Shown: positions 63,054-64,000 of the stretch, piece by piece | Layout of the letters: every line of letters begins with the position of its first letter | Position numbering within the stretch: position 1 is the stretch's first letter | DNA from: Neolecta irregularis DAH-3 | Taxonomy: Eukaryota | DNA length: 64,000 nucleotides | NCBI GenBank assembly: GCA_001929475.1 | Contig: LXFE01000157.1 | Location: 62,001 to 126,000 of the forward strand | Direction: 5' to 3' | Translations under genes and position numbers: made by a program | Notes under the pieces: generated by a model | What the model was told of the DNA's origin: nothing | Database searches by the model: none | Seen by the model: the letters and a program-made list of their open reading frames with translations, nothing else

Positions 63054-63625
63054 ATGGAGCAAGGAGATACAGCCATACCTGCAGAGTTTGCGCTCGCAGA
63101 CGTATTGTCGCATGTCGACCGTAAAGATATCTATCTTGTGATCCACGACAAGGGTCCGTTTTGCGTTGTGAAAAATTGCTGATCCGGCAGTTTACGATGC
63201 CTCGCCGTTTATAGACGAACACCCCGGAGGGGAAGAAGTCCTTCTCGACGTTGCTGGTATCTCATTAATCGCCGTCCGCTAAACATTTGAGGCAAAGATG
63301 CTACTAATGCCTTTGAAGATGTTGGACACTCGGACGAGGCTCGGGAGGTGCTTGAGAAACTTTACATTGGCAATATCAAGGTGATGAATATCGGTCTAGT
63401 TCTAATGAGCCAGGCTAGCGACAAGAAATCACGACCAAAAGCCAAGACCGCGATCAAATCTGTTGGCGCTTTGGTAGATGCAGACTCTGGAACGTAAGAA
63501 CACCTTGAAACATCACAATTGATCGAAGAAGCAACTATATAGGAGTCTTTTTTATCATAGGCGCAATAGTTGCTTTCGCTGCATACAAGTACATGCAGAA
63601 AACCACAGATGCCCAACACCCGTGA
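63054..63625 (+). CDS. CYB5: Cytochrome b5 (tail-anchored), short exons; absent from the ORF track
   Basis: [52 protein letters not shown], C-terminal TM segment. Confidence 0.93.
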
Positions 63626-63676
63626 TGGATCAGGGTATTTATTAGATTATAAATCACAAAATATAGTACTACAAGG

Positions 63677-64000
63677 CTAGTTTCCATTGACCGGTGTTCT
63701 GAAGATGAGTTTGTCTTCATACCAAATGCACATCTATTTATAAGCCCATGGAAACAGGAGGGACGTACCCGCCTAGGACATTTATCATAAATTAGCTGAA
63801 TATTATGTTTTGTTCGTCTGCCGTTGGGCCTTGGCTTAGTACACTGATTCCGCGAGAAAGTACCAAGTGATATAAGCCAAAAGCTGGTTATCTTTTTGAT
63901 CCCGTTCGATTGTATCGATACATCTGATTTCATTTTCCCAGCTAGGCAGGTTGAGCGGGACCTTCCATTCTTCGTCGGAGGAAACTGATTTTCGGCCTCG
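63677..64000 (-). CDS. swi6: HP1/Swi6-family protein, 3' part (chromoshadow domain); gene continues beyond the window
   Basis: Spliced frame SWENEIRCIDTIERD..LLAYITW-PNG..H..KCPRR-MCIWYEDKLIF matches the chromoshadow consensus. Swi6 and Chp2 cannot be distinguished here. Confidence 0.8.

Overview
This is eukaryotic (fungal) genomic DNA. It is gene-dense, with many very short introns (about 32-50 nt) and extremely tight head-to-head gene pairs. The gene content (Swi6/HP1-type chromoshadow protein, Rictor/Ste20, NudE, velvet factors, FlbC, CDH-cytochrome/b561) and the compactness suggest an early-diverging ascomycete (Taphrinomycotina, Neolecta-like); this assignment is inference. About 28 protein-coding genes can be recognised: She10-like, VelC-like velvet, DOA10, MDM34, CCDC47-like, TIM23, Rictor, LON-RING, a PRAS40-like candidate, PPR, SNX41, a second highly divergent velvet, TYR1, DOMON/b561, RBK1, TRS20, NudE, GGT, SND2-like, SAN1-like, FlbC, BiP, HBS1, VPS27, DOA4, BSD/DOS2, ArfGAP, CYB5 and partial Swi6. 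There is also one probable pseudogene, a hAT-like MITE with TIRs and an 8-bp TSD, and probable solo-LTR remnants. The most notable observations are: an HBS1 locus whose splice phases allow an alternative Ski7-like product; a divergent second velvet protein; a possible fungal PRAS40/Lobe-like protein with a TOS-like motif; and a GC-AG intron that would create a CaaX motif on the LON-RING ligase. Exon boundaries were read by eye and family calls come from motif recall, not database searches. No tRNA, rRNA or CRISPR array was recognised.
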